DNA of 64,000 bases, taken from contig JBEWZL010000266.1 of assembly GCA_045837725.1 (NCBI GenBank), positions 434,001-498,000 of the forward strand, written 5' to 3'. Made by a program: the position numbers and the translations under genes. Of this stretch, positions 23,300 to 35,866 are shown piece by piece. The notes beneath the pieces are model-generated. The model had not been told where the DNA came from and did not search any database. It worked only from the letters and a program-made list of their open reading frames with translations. How positions within the stretch are numbered: position 1 is the stretch's first letter; the number at the start of each line of letters is the position of its first letter. The stretch comes from Vermamoeba vermiformis (lineage: Eukaryota).

Positions 23300-24267
23300 T
23301 GTGGTCGCGTAGCGGATCAGATCTACTTTAAAAGCTTCGCCAGAAAAAAATGTTTATGTACTTACTCCGCGGAACTATTTTTTCTATTAGGCAGATTATA
23401 CGGGATTATTAATGTCACCAGATCCGGCTAATTTTGGACTTGCGCGTATTTTTCCTTTTAGTACGTTTAAAATACGCCTTATTGTACCGATTTCTAAGGT
23501 TATAAGTGGCACTTTAAGCTTATTTGGAAATGTTGTGACCAGTCCTAGTGATAAGCATCATTAATGAAGAGGTAAAATACAGATTCGGAGTTACCCGAGT
23601 TCCGCCGTGTCCGCTGGCAAACATGGTCAGTATTATAAATTTATCGACCACAGGTGAGTAAATATTATAATATTCGAGGTTTATTACAAAATTGTGCGTT
23701 TAAGCGCTATTTACAAAATTATTTAATCGAAGATCGCAATGTAGATGCGGTAAATAAAGAAAATCATTGTTAATAATTGGCCTACATAAATGATCGATTT
23801 TTCCCAAGGCTCCATTACTGACAAACCAAGTAACAGCTCGTATTGCATCACTTTTAATCCGAAGTAGTTCTTAATCTGCTGCAACATTTCGCTTGTTTTC
23901 TTGCGCGGATAATTAATTATCTTCTAGTGAGGCTTGGGCGTATCAAGTGGTGGTACTTGTTGAGTTCCTCCTGCACGGGAGCACAAAAAGATTTGTCGGC
24001 AGTTGATTTTTTTCTTTAATATTTAGATCTCCCATAATACGTTCACACTTTTAGATTCGACAACACTATTTAAGAAGAATAATCGTATAAAGTAGCTTGT
24101 TTTATTCCAACGCCTATTTTTGGGCCAGCCTGCAGTTAAAAGGATTCTTCCAACAACATTTCGGTTTGATGCGGATGACGTCTTCAGTGATTCATTTCCT
24201 TGAAACCAATAATAACGGTCATTACTGTTAACAAGGAAGTCTTTCTTAACAAAGACACAGCAGGAAA

Positions 24268-25923
24268 ATGGATCCCTCCAGCCAAAATTCAACGCAGCTT
24301 AAGCTTCAGCTTGTCGCAAACCTCCCCGAAAATAAGGTAATATTTTTTGCCGCTTAGGAGGAAATATAATTCTTCTGATATTTATGGTATTAATCTATAT
24401 TTTTTTGTTTTAGGTTTGCTTCGATTGTGGAACACCAAAGGGCAATTGGGTTAGCGTCAATAATGGCGTATTTTTATGTATACAATGTGCTGGTCATCAT
24501 AGACAATTGGGGGTGCACGTGTCATTCCTTAGGTACGATTGAATAACGCATCCAGTTCTCAAAAATTTAATGCGCTCTGCAGATCCGTTCTGTTAGATAC
24601 TTGGACCGCAGAAAAAGTCGCACTGATCACCATCGGAGGCAACAAACGAGCGAATGACTATTTAATATCTCGAGGAGTCAATGTAAGCCGTTTCTCGACC
24701 TTTAAATTCGTTCATTAACTTTTTTCTCAGCCGCCTTCTAGTGGAAAAACTCGGTCACTTGATACATATACATTATATATGGAAGAATATCGATCTATAC
24801 TAAAAGTCGAATCTGAGTATTACATTGTCCGTACGTAGGAAAATTTATGGATTTGGATCTTCTCGGTTCTAAAATTAGGTTTTAGATAAGCAGCTGTTAG
24901 ACGATACACCTAAAGCAACCACGAATGAAGTTCCTAGCCTATCGAATATAGCGATTAAGGCTTGCTGCAAAATCAACGCGTTGAACGAGCAGATCGAGAA
25001 GCGGAATGCAGACTTCCTTCGCCCTCGAATAATAGAATATTTAGCCTCACGAAAAAGCCTATTTGGAGACAATATTTCGTTGATAAGAGGCAATTTCATC
25101 ACTTCTCTTGACCTAGACGGAAGCCAATTATCTTCAAAAGGTACCTTTATTACAAATGTTGAATCGAAACTGGCATTATTATATATCTTAAAATAATATT
25201 AATACTACTATCGATTAGATATTTCTACTATCGCGAAAAATTGCCCTGAACTGCAATCGTTTTCTTTGGTGTTGTTTACGAGTAGCGACGGCTTATCTGA
25301 AGGTCTATTTAAATATAATATACGACATCGATGACTAATATTTGTTCGATTAATTAGGTTTATCGTCGCTAATTGCTTATTGTAGCAAATTGACAACGCT
25401 TAAAATAGAATTTTCAGTCGTTAAACTAGACGCTCGAAAGTTCAACCAGAATGTGATGCCCTTTTCAATTAACTTAAAAGAGCTATCGCTTTATAAGTGC
25501 ATATTTACGGACACTGTAAATACTTTTCCGGCTTTGGAGGACGTATTATTTCTATGTACTAAATTGGAGAGATTGAAACTGGACCAACTACAGAAAAACG
25601 CTCTTTTCAACGACAGCATAGAACAAAGATTCCCGTTTGTAACAGCTTTGTCAAATTACAACAAGATTGTTGCGCTAGAGTAACCCAGATCCAACTTAAT
25701 CTTCGTTTAAGAAACCCTCTGGTTGCTCTCCTGTACAATAAACCTAATTTTATAACTATAGGATCTTTCTTTTTACTTCGGGGCAGAAAAAGTTGCAGAT
25801 GTCATTTGCTGCACTCAAACAAGAGCAACAGAACGTGTAATTTGCAATAACTTCATTTTAAACATGGGCGCTACTGAACTTAGCGCTATGCTTATGCCGC
25901 TGAAAGAAGAAGAGGCCAATAAC
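24268..25923 (+). CDS. ArfGAP zinc finger plus leucine-rich-repeat protein (module 1; 3' end unresolved at the poly-T run)
   Basis: [52 protein letters not shown]...[10 protein letters not shown] (CxxC-x16-CxxC-x4-R), followed by [12 protein letters not shown] and AMN1-like LRRs ([31 protein letters not shown]). Confidence 0.8.
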
Positions 25924-25970
25924 GTAAGAAAATTCTGACGACATTGCAAAAAAAATGAAAATATTTTATT

Positions 25971-25977
<7 letters not shown>

Positions 25978-26029
<52 letters not shown>

Positions 26030-26038
26030 TTTTTTTTT
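25978..26038. repeat. Poly-T tract (T51-G-T9)
   Basis: Seen directly. It sits where a splice acceptor or missing exons would be expected. Confidence 0.95.
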
Positions 26039-26042
26039 CAAA

Positions 26043-27603
26043 ATGGTGTTTGTCGAACTCGATCGCTGGTTCGACTATTACAATCGAATGTTTTACGGCG
26101 GCAATAGGAGGGCTAAAGAGTATTTTGAAGAACATAAGTTAGAAGTAAGTAGATAATCATCCGAGTCTAATGAGAAGGCAGATCAAGATTCGATCTAACT
26201 TTATTTTTGCTTAGACAAAATCAATATTGGCAAGATATGAGTCATCAGTCGCAAAGAATTATAGCCTTGTTTTAACAACGAAAGTTAATAAGGCAGTTGA
26301 TCGTAAGTCAGAAAAATCAAACCAAATCCGGATCATCGCTTACATTTCATTTATGTAGGACATTATAAGCTTGATAAACAGAAAAATACAAATTTAAAGA
26401 CACTGGCTGCAAAAGCACTGGTCAAAGACGACAAACAGTTCATGCACCAATTAGAACAAAAGCACTCGGATTTTGTTAGGCCATTCGTTATTGAGCAATT
26501 CAAATACATGGACCCATTTGACAGGAAATATCTGAATGTGATCAAGGGGGATTATATTCAGCATATCCATTTGACTGGTGGAAAATTAGTTGGGCAAGGT
26601 AAGCCCATCCCGCATCCGAAAAAATCTGATAGCCATCGTTAATGCTTCATTTTACGATTATATATACACATTTAGTAATGTACTAATCTTTTTTTGCAGA
26701 TATTAAGGATGTAGCAGCAAATTGTCCACTTTTGGTATCGCTCCGACTACGTGACTTTGAGGATAAAAATTTCGATACAGGTAGATTAGATAATACATAC
26801 ATCTATATTTATGTATAATAGGTCTCACTAACTATAATAATTAGCATTTGCGCAGTTAATGAAGTGCGATCAGCTCGTGTCTCTGAAGGTCGAATACTCG
26901 GTCATACATCTGACACCTGACAATGTAGCAGCTGCGTGCAGCAAGTCTAAAGTGCAGCTACGAACGCTCTCATTTAAAGGCAGCGTATTTTTTAACGAGC
27001 GAAGTCGTCAGATCTGTGAAGCGATTGTCAAAGCGAATCCGAACTTGCAGGTACGGATCTACAACTCATCTATACCGCCAAAAATCCATCTACTAAGAGC
27101 GCTGCATGATATTACACGAGTCAAAATTGATTTTAGTCATACTAATATTGTTATTAAAATAGACTTTGAAGATCAGCTGGGTAAACGACTCTTGGGGATC
27201 GTTCCTCAAAATGAATGTGTTGGATGCGTTCGATTCGTGTAAAAACCTAACTAATTTGGATCTTTCTGGAGCCTCATTATGGCATTTTTCGCCAACTGAT
27301 AAACGAGTACGTACATAAGCCATAACAGATTCGTTTTTGAACGATCGGATTTGCTAACCGCTTCATCTTTAGGAAACGGATCTTTTAACTATGCTTAATG
27401 AAAACATAAAGAAGATGAGATGGCTCGAGGGAATTATAACCAAAAGAATTGCCGAGCATCTCATGACCAATTGTCCAAATTTGGAAGTGTTGGATCTCCG
27501 CGGCTGTAAGAACAGAGAGCCATTCCTTAATGTGCTAAAGGAGTACCACGAAGCTAAAATAGCTCAACAGAATGTAAACGATGCATACAATGTAAATAGC
27601 TAA
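26043..27603 (+). CDS. Second ArfGAP(C-terminal half)-LRR module: either a continuation of the upstream gene or a tandem paralog
   Basis: FVELDRWFDYYNRMFYGGNRRAKEYF resembles the ArfGAP S..LD.W......M..GGN..A..[YF] segment. EQKHSDFVRPFVIEQF...IKGDYIQHIHLTG parallels [16 protein letters not shown]...[13 protein letters not shown] of module 1. LRRs run to NCPNLEVLDLRGC, with the stop at 27603. Confidence 0.65.
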
Positions 27604-28331
27604 GTTGTTGTACGGATGGCGCCGAAAATTAAAATGAGGTGGTTCTTATTTTTGGAAGTAGTCAATAGATGTATTGGTATTATTGGACCATATAGTAATT
27701 GCTTTTTTTTGTTTTACGCGCCGAAAATGGAACGGCCAGCAAAATCGGAATCGAGTATTTTCAAAAACAAAAGTTTTCGCGAACTAATATCGCCTATATT
27801 GTACGGTAATAAAATTATGATCCATGAATTCACTTTATGCAATTAGAATCGGGTATCCTGGCCGGATGTGGTTCACAAATCATGGCGAGATTCTGTGAGA
27901 TATGCTTGGAAGATTAACTTATAATTAAAGCTCCAACTTATTAAGGACAGTACGTTTAATGCCGTCGAAAGAAAATTTTTTGATTCAAATTTTCGGTACA
28001 AGCAAATCTATCCTGCGCAAACTTGAATCATCAAGATTTGGCTTAATATATGCCTTTCAGCGTTAGTATGAGTCATTATTGTCTATCTGCTGTCTATATT
28101 TGGTGTGCTTTGCGGAGATTTGGTTGGGATAACAAAGAAGATTTTTTTGAGCCAATTTTATTTTATTTTCTAAACACGAACTACAAGGTCTTTTAACCCC
28201 ATATTGTAGTATTATTTATAGTGAATATATTTATTTATTTATTGTATGCTTTGGGGATACAGTTCAATCAGCGACAGAAAAGGGACCGAATAAATTTTAA
28301 AATCCGAATCTGCCAATAAATTCAAATCAAA

Positions 28332-31300
28332 ATGCAGCCCCCACAAACACCCAGATTCCCTGCGAATCCAAATGTATCGCAGAATTTTAGAACGATTATC
28401 GATTTTATGGATCTGGCTGTAACCAAAGAGTCATTGCCGAAAACAAAGCTCTTTGGTGTGCAGTTAGAAACTGTTATGGACAAACAAAAAGCAAAATTAC
28501 CGTTCTTAAATGTGCCCTGGATCGTAATTAAATGCTGCCATTTCTTGTTGGAAGAAGGTAAATTATTTTCATTATTTATTAAATTTTGAAGTCAAATCTG
28601 TTGTTGGCTTCGAGCTTAATGCTATTCATCGATTATATTATGCATATTATTAATATTTAACGTATTTTTGCGACAGGTGTAAGAAGTGAGGGTGTTTTTC
28701 GAGTCCCTGGCGCTCATATGAGCATCCAGCGTTTGGCCGAGGCCTTCGATAATGGTAAATATCAATCTCATATGCTATTTAGTAACGTAATTCGAAATGG
28801 AATGCTCAATTTTCCTTTGATTAGGTGAGAATCCGGATTTCAGAAGATGCTTGGTGGATGATGTTTCTGGCTTGCTTAAAAAATATTTGCGTGAGCTCCC
28901 TGGCTCGATATTGACCGATGGAACTCAAGAAGATCATTTGCAAACAGCATTTAAGCAGACTTTGGGTATGTAACAGGAACATTTTTGAACCGGATTAAGA
29001 TCGAAAAATTATTCCTTCTGGACCGAGTATACGAATTAAGAATAAGGGCCATATAAAAAAATGAGTATTATTAAGTGGTCACAAGCATTTTTTACTCATG
29101 TTTCGGCGGTTTACAACACCCGATCTTAAAAATACCAATAATCTATAACGAAAGATTCGCGCTATTTAAGCCGTAAATACGATAGTACGCATTATTAATT
29201 ATTCTTTCAGAGATTCAAGATGTAGACGAACGGATTAAGAAGACCACTGAACTGATCAAGCAGCTTTCGCACAACAGACGAGCACTCGTTAAAATTCTTA
29301 TTCACTTGTTATACAAAATTAAGAGTAAGTATTTTATAAGCGAAAAAGTTTGCCTCGAAAGAAATTTGAACAAAATTAAATTCACTGACAGATCTTGGCG
29401 ATTTCAATTACTTCTTATTGCTTAGCGATCGGATAATAACTATTAAATTGCATTTTTTCTATGACGCGTTATTATTCTGCTTGGCAACAGAAATCACAAT
29501 GAATTTGCAAAAATTTTATTGAGCGGGTGCCGCTCGATCTGTCCTCGCGCATTTTTAAATTTTATATCATTACTATCATGAACATATACTTGATAAATTA
29601 TCCTATTAGGCGCAACACGTGCCATTTTAAATTAATTTTCGATTGAATACGGAACGTGGATCACGCGCTAATGTAGTTTTATTCTAGACAACGAAGATAA
29701 GACGTTGATGAATTCTGAGAACTTGGCAACTATTTTTGGAGGCATGGGCGATATTTTTGCCTCCAAATTGACTTCAGCTGAACGAACACGATTGACCCGC
29801 TTTATGATTGATTGTTACAAAGAAATCTTCCAGGTACGTATTATTGTTTTAATATTACTACTGTCCTACGAGCATATTAATTGCCGGTAATGAGCTAGTT
29901 ACGCGTGCATTAATCAATTTCAGCGTGTTTGTTAAATTGATTTAACGACCATTTCCTTATTTGGAAATAATTTGGCACTGATTAAACATTCAATTGACGT
30001 CACCTAATTGTTTAGTATTAGCATATATTAACTTAATAATATAATAGGATGTAGATCCGTTGGTGCCACGCCCCGACGACCTAAGCAACTCGGGTTCTAA
30101 GCAAGAAGGCATCAAAGTTTTCTTAGCTGACGGAACATTTAAGAGTTTGTTCACTACTGGCGCTGAGAAGTGCAAAGATTTCGAGAAAAAATTGGCTACC
30201 AAGATCCAGCAACAACTCAACTTGGACACTGCTAAATACAAATTATACGAGACTGCTGATGGTTTATTCAGGCTTATTGGTCCCGAAGAGAAGTACGCCC
30301 TAATCTAAATAGCTATTCTCGATCGGATCTAATCGTTAAAACTGCTCGCAGGGTCCTTGCTATTTACAAGTCAGGCAGCGCTATTTTATACACAGACAAG
30401 TTGAAGGCCAAAGAAAAGAAGAAGAGCTCCTCGGGCAAGAAACGCACCACCAAGAAATCACCTTCGAGTAAGTGTCAAGATCTGACACGTGAGGCAACTT
30501 TGTGGTTCGGTACTAATGAGCTGTTTTAAGTGTCATCTCGCACAGAGTCCGAGTCTGATGAGCCAACTACTCCCCGCTCTGAATCCTCGATAAAACAAAG
30601 CCGTAAAGAGGTGCGTGCCTTGACACTTTGAATTTAATTTTGCGTTAACAATCGGCTCGTGAATGAGACTAGCATTGTTTCCTTTCACCGTGGAACAGCG
30701 CTAAATCCTATTATCCATTCCGTCTAACTCAAACTAATGTCTTTTTAATTAGAAGGGACAATCAATGGCACCAGTTCCCGCTCTTCAAGTTGGTGGCGCC
30801 ACCAACCCCGACCCTACCGCACCAATCACTCCTAAAACAGATCTGCTGCATAAGGCTTGGGTCTTCACGGAGATTCCTCCCGAGTCACTCAAGTACGTAT
30901 TGACGCTATCGTACATTATGCACGCGAGTCCTAACGATTACTAGGGCTTCCGAATGGGACACAAAGAAAGCTCAGCCTGGTGAATTACGTCTGTTCGTGG
31001 ACAACCAAGGCTCGTGCAAGATCAAAGCTATTGTTGGTGACGCTTCGAAGGACTTCCCTGGTGTCAATGCCAAGCAAGTGTTCGATTCTACGCGATACTT
31101 TGTGTTGTGCGCCAATGAAGACGACGAAGGTAGCGTATACGATTTCAATACAGCGATCAGAAATATTGAATTAACTCTGCAGAAATTACAGGCGGCAGTT
31201 ACGGTGTCGGCTTTGAAACACGTGAAGCTTCAACTCGATTCAAGGACGCGTTGATTGCTCTCATTGCTACTGAACAAGTCTCACTGTTGGCTCAATACGA

Positions 31301-34200
31301 TCAGCCTCACGAAGGCGAAGCCCAAACTGAGCCTGTTCCAGCTGCTGAAAGTCAGCCCGACCTTGCAAAGTAAGTTTAAATATTAAGAAGTTTGATTGCA
31401 CTTACTTCCATGATGTATTTGGTTATTCGCTACTATTGAATTACAATGAAACGAAAAATCACCTTCGACTGAGAAGTAGCCTATTCAGTTATTTAATTAT
31501 TATTGACATAGTGTATCGTTCTAATTCATTTTGTACAGAGCTGCTGCAAAGCCCGAACCCGTGCAAGTTACTTCTCGTCAAAAATATTTCGTTGGTCCGT
31601 TGAACTTTGCTGACCGCATTGAGAACGGATTCTACGACCCTGGCCACCAAATCGCTAACGAGCCCTTGACCAGCCTTGAATCATACCAGACTCAAGCTGT
31701 CGATCTTGGCATGCGTGAAGTGATTTTGATTGACGAAGACAAGGACGAGCGATTGATGAAGTACTTGGGTCTGTCAAGGACTTTGGTGCGACAAGCCTCG
31801 ACGTTTGAAGCTAAACTCAGCACTTTGGCCCTCTTCGTAAGTCACAGAAATCCGTTTTTGAGCGACAGTTTGACTAATTAGCTATACTCTGCAGGTCACT
31901 ACAGTCTTGGGCGGTGTCAGCAATTTATTCGGCAGTGTATTGCCCGAATTGTCCCTCGAGACTCTGTCCAAGAACTGCATCAGCGGTTTGAAAAAAGCTA
32001 ACAACAGCAACGTGGTCTTGTTGGGTCAAATCACGCACGGTCTGTTGCGACATCGCGCATTGTTGTTCAAATACTTGGCTGAACGACAAGAGCCCGCCAT
32101 ACCCGTTACATTAGCTAGATCTAACTCTCTAACGGTATGTAATTGCATTGGACGGCTTGATCCGAACACGCGATCCGAATGACATAACGAATCTGATTTA
32201 TTAATACTTGAACATGCATAGACACAAGATGAAGTTGTATGGAACTTAGTTGCCTCTCCTCAATTAGAAACCCATGTGTATATTGACCTAATGGAGGAAA
32301 TTGGCACTCTGCATCCGATCGAATCCGAGAAAGTAAAGCGACTAAAGGTAAAGACTAAATTGGTCTTGCTGTGACCTCGTACTTATTCTAATTATTTAGA
32401 ATGTTATGCACAAATCTACCGGAGCTGATCTTAGCCTCGACAAAGTCCAATCTAACCGAAAGATCCGAGAGGTTACGATGGTTATGTTCAAGAACCTTCA
32501 AATTATTGACCGTCAAGTCACTTTCCCAGACTTAAGGTATGTCGTATTTTATGTCAGACGCAACGTCACGCTTAACGAACGCTGGATCTAATGCGAGGAA
32601 GTTGGTGCGTTGTTTGTTAGTCGTGGCAAGTAGTGACCCGAACACGCAGTAGCGAATCGTCTCGGGCACGACCACACTAACAAGAATGCACCGCTTCCCG
32701 TCCGATCAGCGAAGTTAAGCTTGTTCAGGCCTTCTTAGTACTGGGGTAGGAGACTACCTGGGAATCGGAGGTGTTGTGCTCTTCTCTTTTTTGCTTTTTT
32801 GCTCTTGGTTTTACCAATTTACTCTTATTATTTTTGACCCAATCAACGAGTATCTACTTTTTTGGATGCGGATCTAACTGTTTTTTTTTAGTGCCGAGGG
32901 AATTTCTTCCAATGTAATTACTCACGAACTGATGGCCTCTGGTCCGGCCTCTAAAGTTTATCGTGCTTCAATTGGTCCCTACACAATTGCCATGAAGGAG
33001 TTGTCTGCTGGGTATGCACGCGATCTTGATCCTTTCTGAATCGTTTACTAATCTTGCTTTATTAGTAAATCCACAAGAGATGAAGCAGACTACGCTAAAG
33101 TAGTTGCTCCTCGTGTATCTGTAAAGTAAGTCTAATTCAGAAAAGATTTTGTTGTGATCGGATCACATCTAACCCATTTTAGTCATCCTAATGTCGCCAC
33201 TACTTTTGGCTATGAATATACTGAAGGTGGATTTAGAATTTTATTGGAATACTTCGCAAAGTAAGTCATAGATGCTCATAAAACTATTTCGGATCAAGCA
33301 TTAACGCGCACACTTAGGGGTTCGTTACTCGATGCTCTACAGCGACGAAGATCTTGGCATCAAACTTTCAGCGAAGAGCAACTGTGGTACTACGTGAACC
33401 AAATCGCTGAAGGCTTGGCTGCTCTGCACAGAGAGGGCTTGTTCCACGGTGCTTTGAAGGTAACGTCACTCATAATACTCGCACCTTTCCGATTTGAAAA
33501 CATATTCTACGCGTACGGACTGCCGTTATATGACGTACATGCTAATGTCATAATATTATAACTCTTAGCGTTAGAGTGACGATGGTAAAAAGTGCGGTGC
33601 TAACGATGTTTTTTTTTGCAGAGCACAAATGTATTAGTAGAAGGAGAGGGTGAAGGAGAGCCTTATCCAGTAGTTAAATTGACAGATTTCAACTTTTACT
33701 ACAAAAAACCGAACTCCGTTTTCGAAGTCAACAGCAGTTGGCTCGCACCTGTAAGTCACTCTAGATCCGCTTTGTTTTGGTCAAAAGCTTACCCACTCCG
33801 TTTGCAGGAAGTTATTAATGCTGTAAACCAAAAAGAACCTGTTAATTACGATCCTCGCAAGGCTGACAGTAAGTTTTGGACACGCGATCAGATCCATCAA
33901 ATTTTTTCTTTAGTTGCTGGAGTAACCTATTAACCTTATTTGGCAATAGTTTGGAGTTTGGGCATGCTATTAACAGAGTTGGTGAACTTGGAGACCCCGT
34001 ACTCGAACAAGAGCAACGAAGAAAAGCTGCGAAATATTTCGGCGGGAACTTTGCCTCCTTTGGTCGATGACAAGTACAAAGAATTCGTCGAGTTCTGTTG
34101 CAAACTACAACCGAACGATCGACCGTCTATTGAGGACGTGCTGAAGAAAATAGAAGAATACATTCCTCAGTTCTTGGTCCAACAAATAGCGCCGAAATAA
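28332..34200 (+). CDS. RhoGAP - RA/ubiquitin-like - NECAP PHear-like - EDR1 domain - pseudokinase
   Basis: LFGVQLE...VPWIV..C...EGVFRVPG (arginine finger)...LLKKYLRELP...MNSENLATIFG; IKVFLADGTFKSL; ASEWD...QVFDSTRYFVL...YGVGFETRE; IENGFYD...REVILID...GLLRHRALLFKYLA...WNLV...IDLM; kinase IAMKE...HPNV...FHGALKSTNVL...KLTDFN...WLAPE...DIWSLG...RPS. Confidence 0.85.
32664..32782 (+). rRNA. 5S rRNA, solitary copy inside an intron
   Basis: GGGCACGACCACACTAACAAGAATGCACCGCTTCCCGTCCGATCAGCGAAGTTAAGCTTGTTCAGGCCTTCTTAGTACTGGGGTAGGAGACTACCTGGGAATCGGAGGTGTTGTGCTCT. Helix I pairs (GGGCACGAC/GTTGTGCTC), the conserved CCCGTCCGATC, GAAGTTAAGC and TTAGTACT motifs are present, and T-runs follow. Confidence 0.96.
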
Positions 34201-34389
34201 GGTCTAAAAATATCTGAAAAATAATGTTAACGTAACGGAGAAAAGAAAGCCTTAAAAAAATACAAAGGAACTTTCTTTCTTCTGTTGTGATATATTAATT
34301 TAACTCCTTATTTCATTAATCCAACCCGTTATTATTTGTTAAAATAAACCTTTATTATTACCAAAAAAACACTTCAGTTATTCTGTTAC

Positions 34390-35822
34390 TATTCTACAAA
34401 CCCGGGCGCCGCCCCGGCGCCGGCCCCGACTCTGCCCTGCCTCCCCCGCGGGCGGGGCCCCCCGCCCGCCGCGACCCCGCCGCCCCTACTTGCTCGGCTG
34501 ACAGGTAAGTATGTTGCTACGATTCTTCCTCCGTTATGAGAGACGCTATTTTTGCGTTGCATTCCTATACTTATCGGAAATGATATTAATTGGCAGATCG
34601 ACTTTTTTTCTTCGGGCAACGGGACGATGACCGTTTTCCTCCGCCGGATTCTTTTCTGGACTTGATATCTGTCAGAAGACTTCTCCTTGAACAAACTGAT
34701 TCTTGATCTCAGCCCACATTTGTCTGTTGTGGGGAGTTGACTTGGTTGTGGTCGAGAGGCGCACGGGTTGGTCTGTGTCTGCTGCTCTTGCCTTCGTGGT
34801 TGTGACGAGTTTTTTTGCTCGTGCTTGGTCGGGAGGGCGGTTCTCAGTGTTTGACACGGTGAGTGAGAAGCTCGCTTTACTGTATAATCTTGGTAGGCTC
34901 TATAAGTCTGATTGTTTCTGTTCCCCGCAGCATTGTTATAGTCACTACTGAGAAGGAGACTGATGGAGAGTGGGGACGTGGAGAGGATGGGGCAGCCTAG
35001 GGCGCTGGGGCTTGGTGTTTGTGGGTGGAGCTGTCGTGCGGAGGGGGACGTGGGTGCGGAGCGGTGTAGCTGGGGGAGTGGGGGAGCGGGCTGGGTGGGG
35101 GTGGGGTTGGGGGGGTTTGAGGGGAGGGGGGCGAGTGTGGTGGTGACTGTGTGGAGGTTTGTTTGTGGGTGTTGTGTGTTTGTGTGGAGGAGTGGAAGGA
35201 TTTGTGAGGAGGGAGTGCGGGTAGTGGTGAGATAGAGGGACAAGAGGAAGGGAGGAGGGTATTTATAAGAAGCTTAGGAGAGAGACAGTGAGTAAATTGA
35301 TAGCAAGGGTAGTGTGAAGGCAAAATTAGAGGGCAGCTGAGGGGAGAGATTTGAGAGAGAAAAGCGTAGGGAGTAAGAAAAAGGTAATAGAGTGAGGAAT
35401 GGCGGTACGATAAGGTGAGGAAGCGGGTAAGAGAAGAGGAAGTTTGGCATAAGGAGGGTTGGGGAGGGAGAGAGGAAGATGAGGAGATGCTGGGTTATGG
35501 GGAGCGAAGAGGGAGTAGAGAGGAGGGGAAAAGCTGGAGAGGGGGGAGTGGAGAGGGGTAAGTGAGAGGAGAGAGAAAAAGAGAGAGATAATGTAAGAGA
35601 GTGGAGAAGTAGTGGAGAGTTAGAGGTTGGAGATGAGTGGTAGGAATGGCGGTGTGGGAGATTATTATATTATGGGAGGGGGAGGGGGAGAGTAGGAAGG
35701 GTGGTGGTGGATGCGGGGGGAGGGTGGGGGGGATGGGGCTGGGAGGGGGTGAGTAGGTGTTGTGTTCTGGGGGGAGGGTGGGGCGCTGGGCTTTAGAAGG
35801 GAGACTGAAGCTTGGGATTAAC
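34390..35822. other. Anomalous low-complexity block (GC-rich start, then strongly G/purine-rich on +); possibly low-quality sequence
   Basis: Composition shifts abruptly from the flanks, with many G-runs, no periodic unit and no spliceable coding model. Confidence 0.6.
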
Positions 35823-35866
35823 AACTACATATTTATTATAATACTCACTCGCTAAAAACAAAATTT

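Noticed and set aside
25815-26135. Poly-Lys ORF on the minus strand
   Set aside because: It is the translation of the poly-T tract, antisense to the ArfGAP-LRR exons.
34389-35824. ORFs 34389-35243, 34963-35235, 34997-35323 and 35495-35824 (Pro/Thr-rich)
   Set aside because: They are by-products of G/C skew that suppresses stop codons. They show no domain motifs or credible splice structure.
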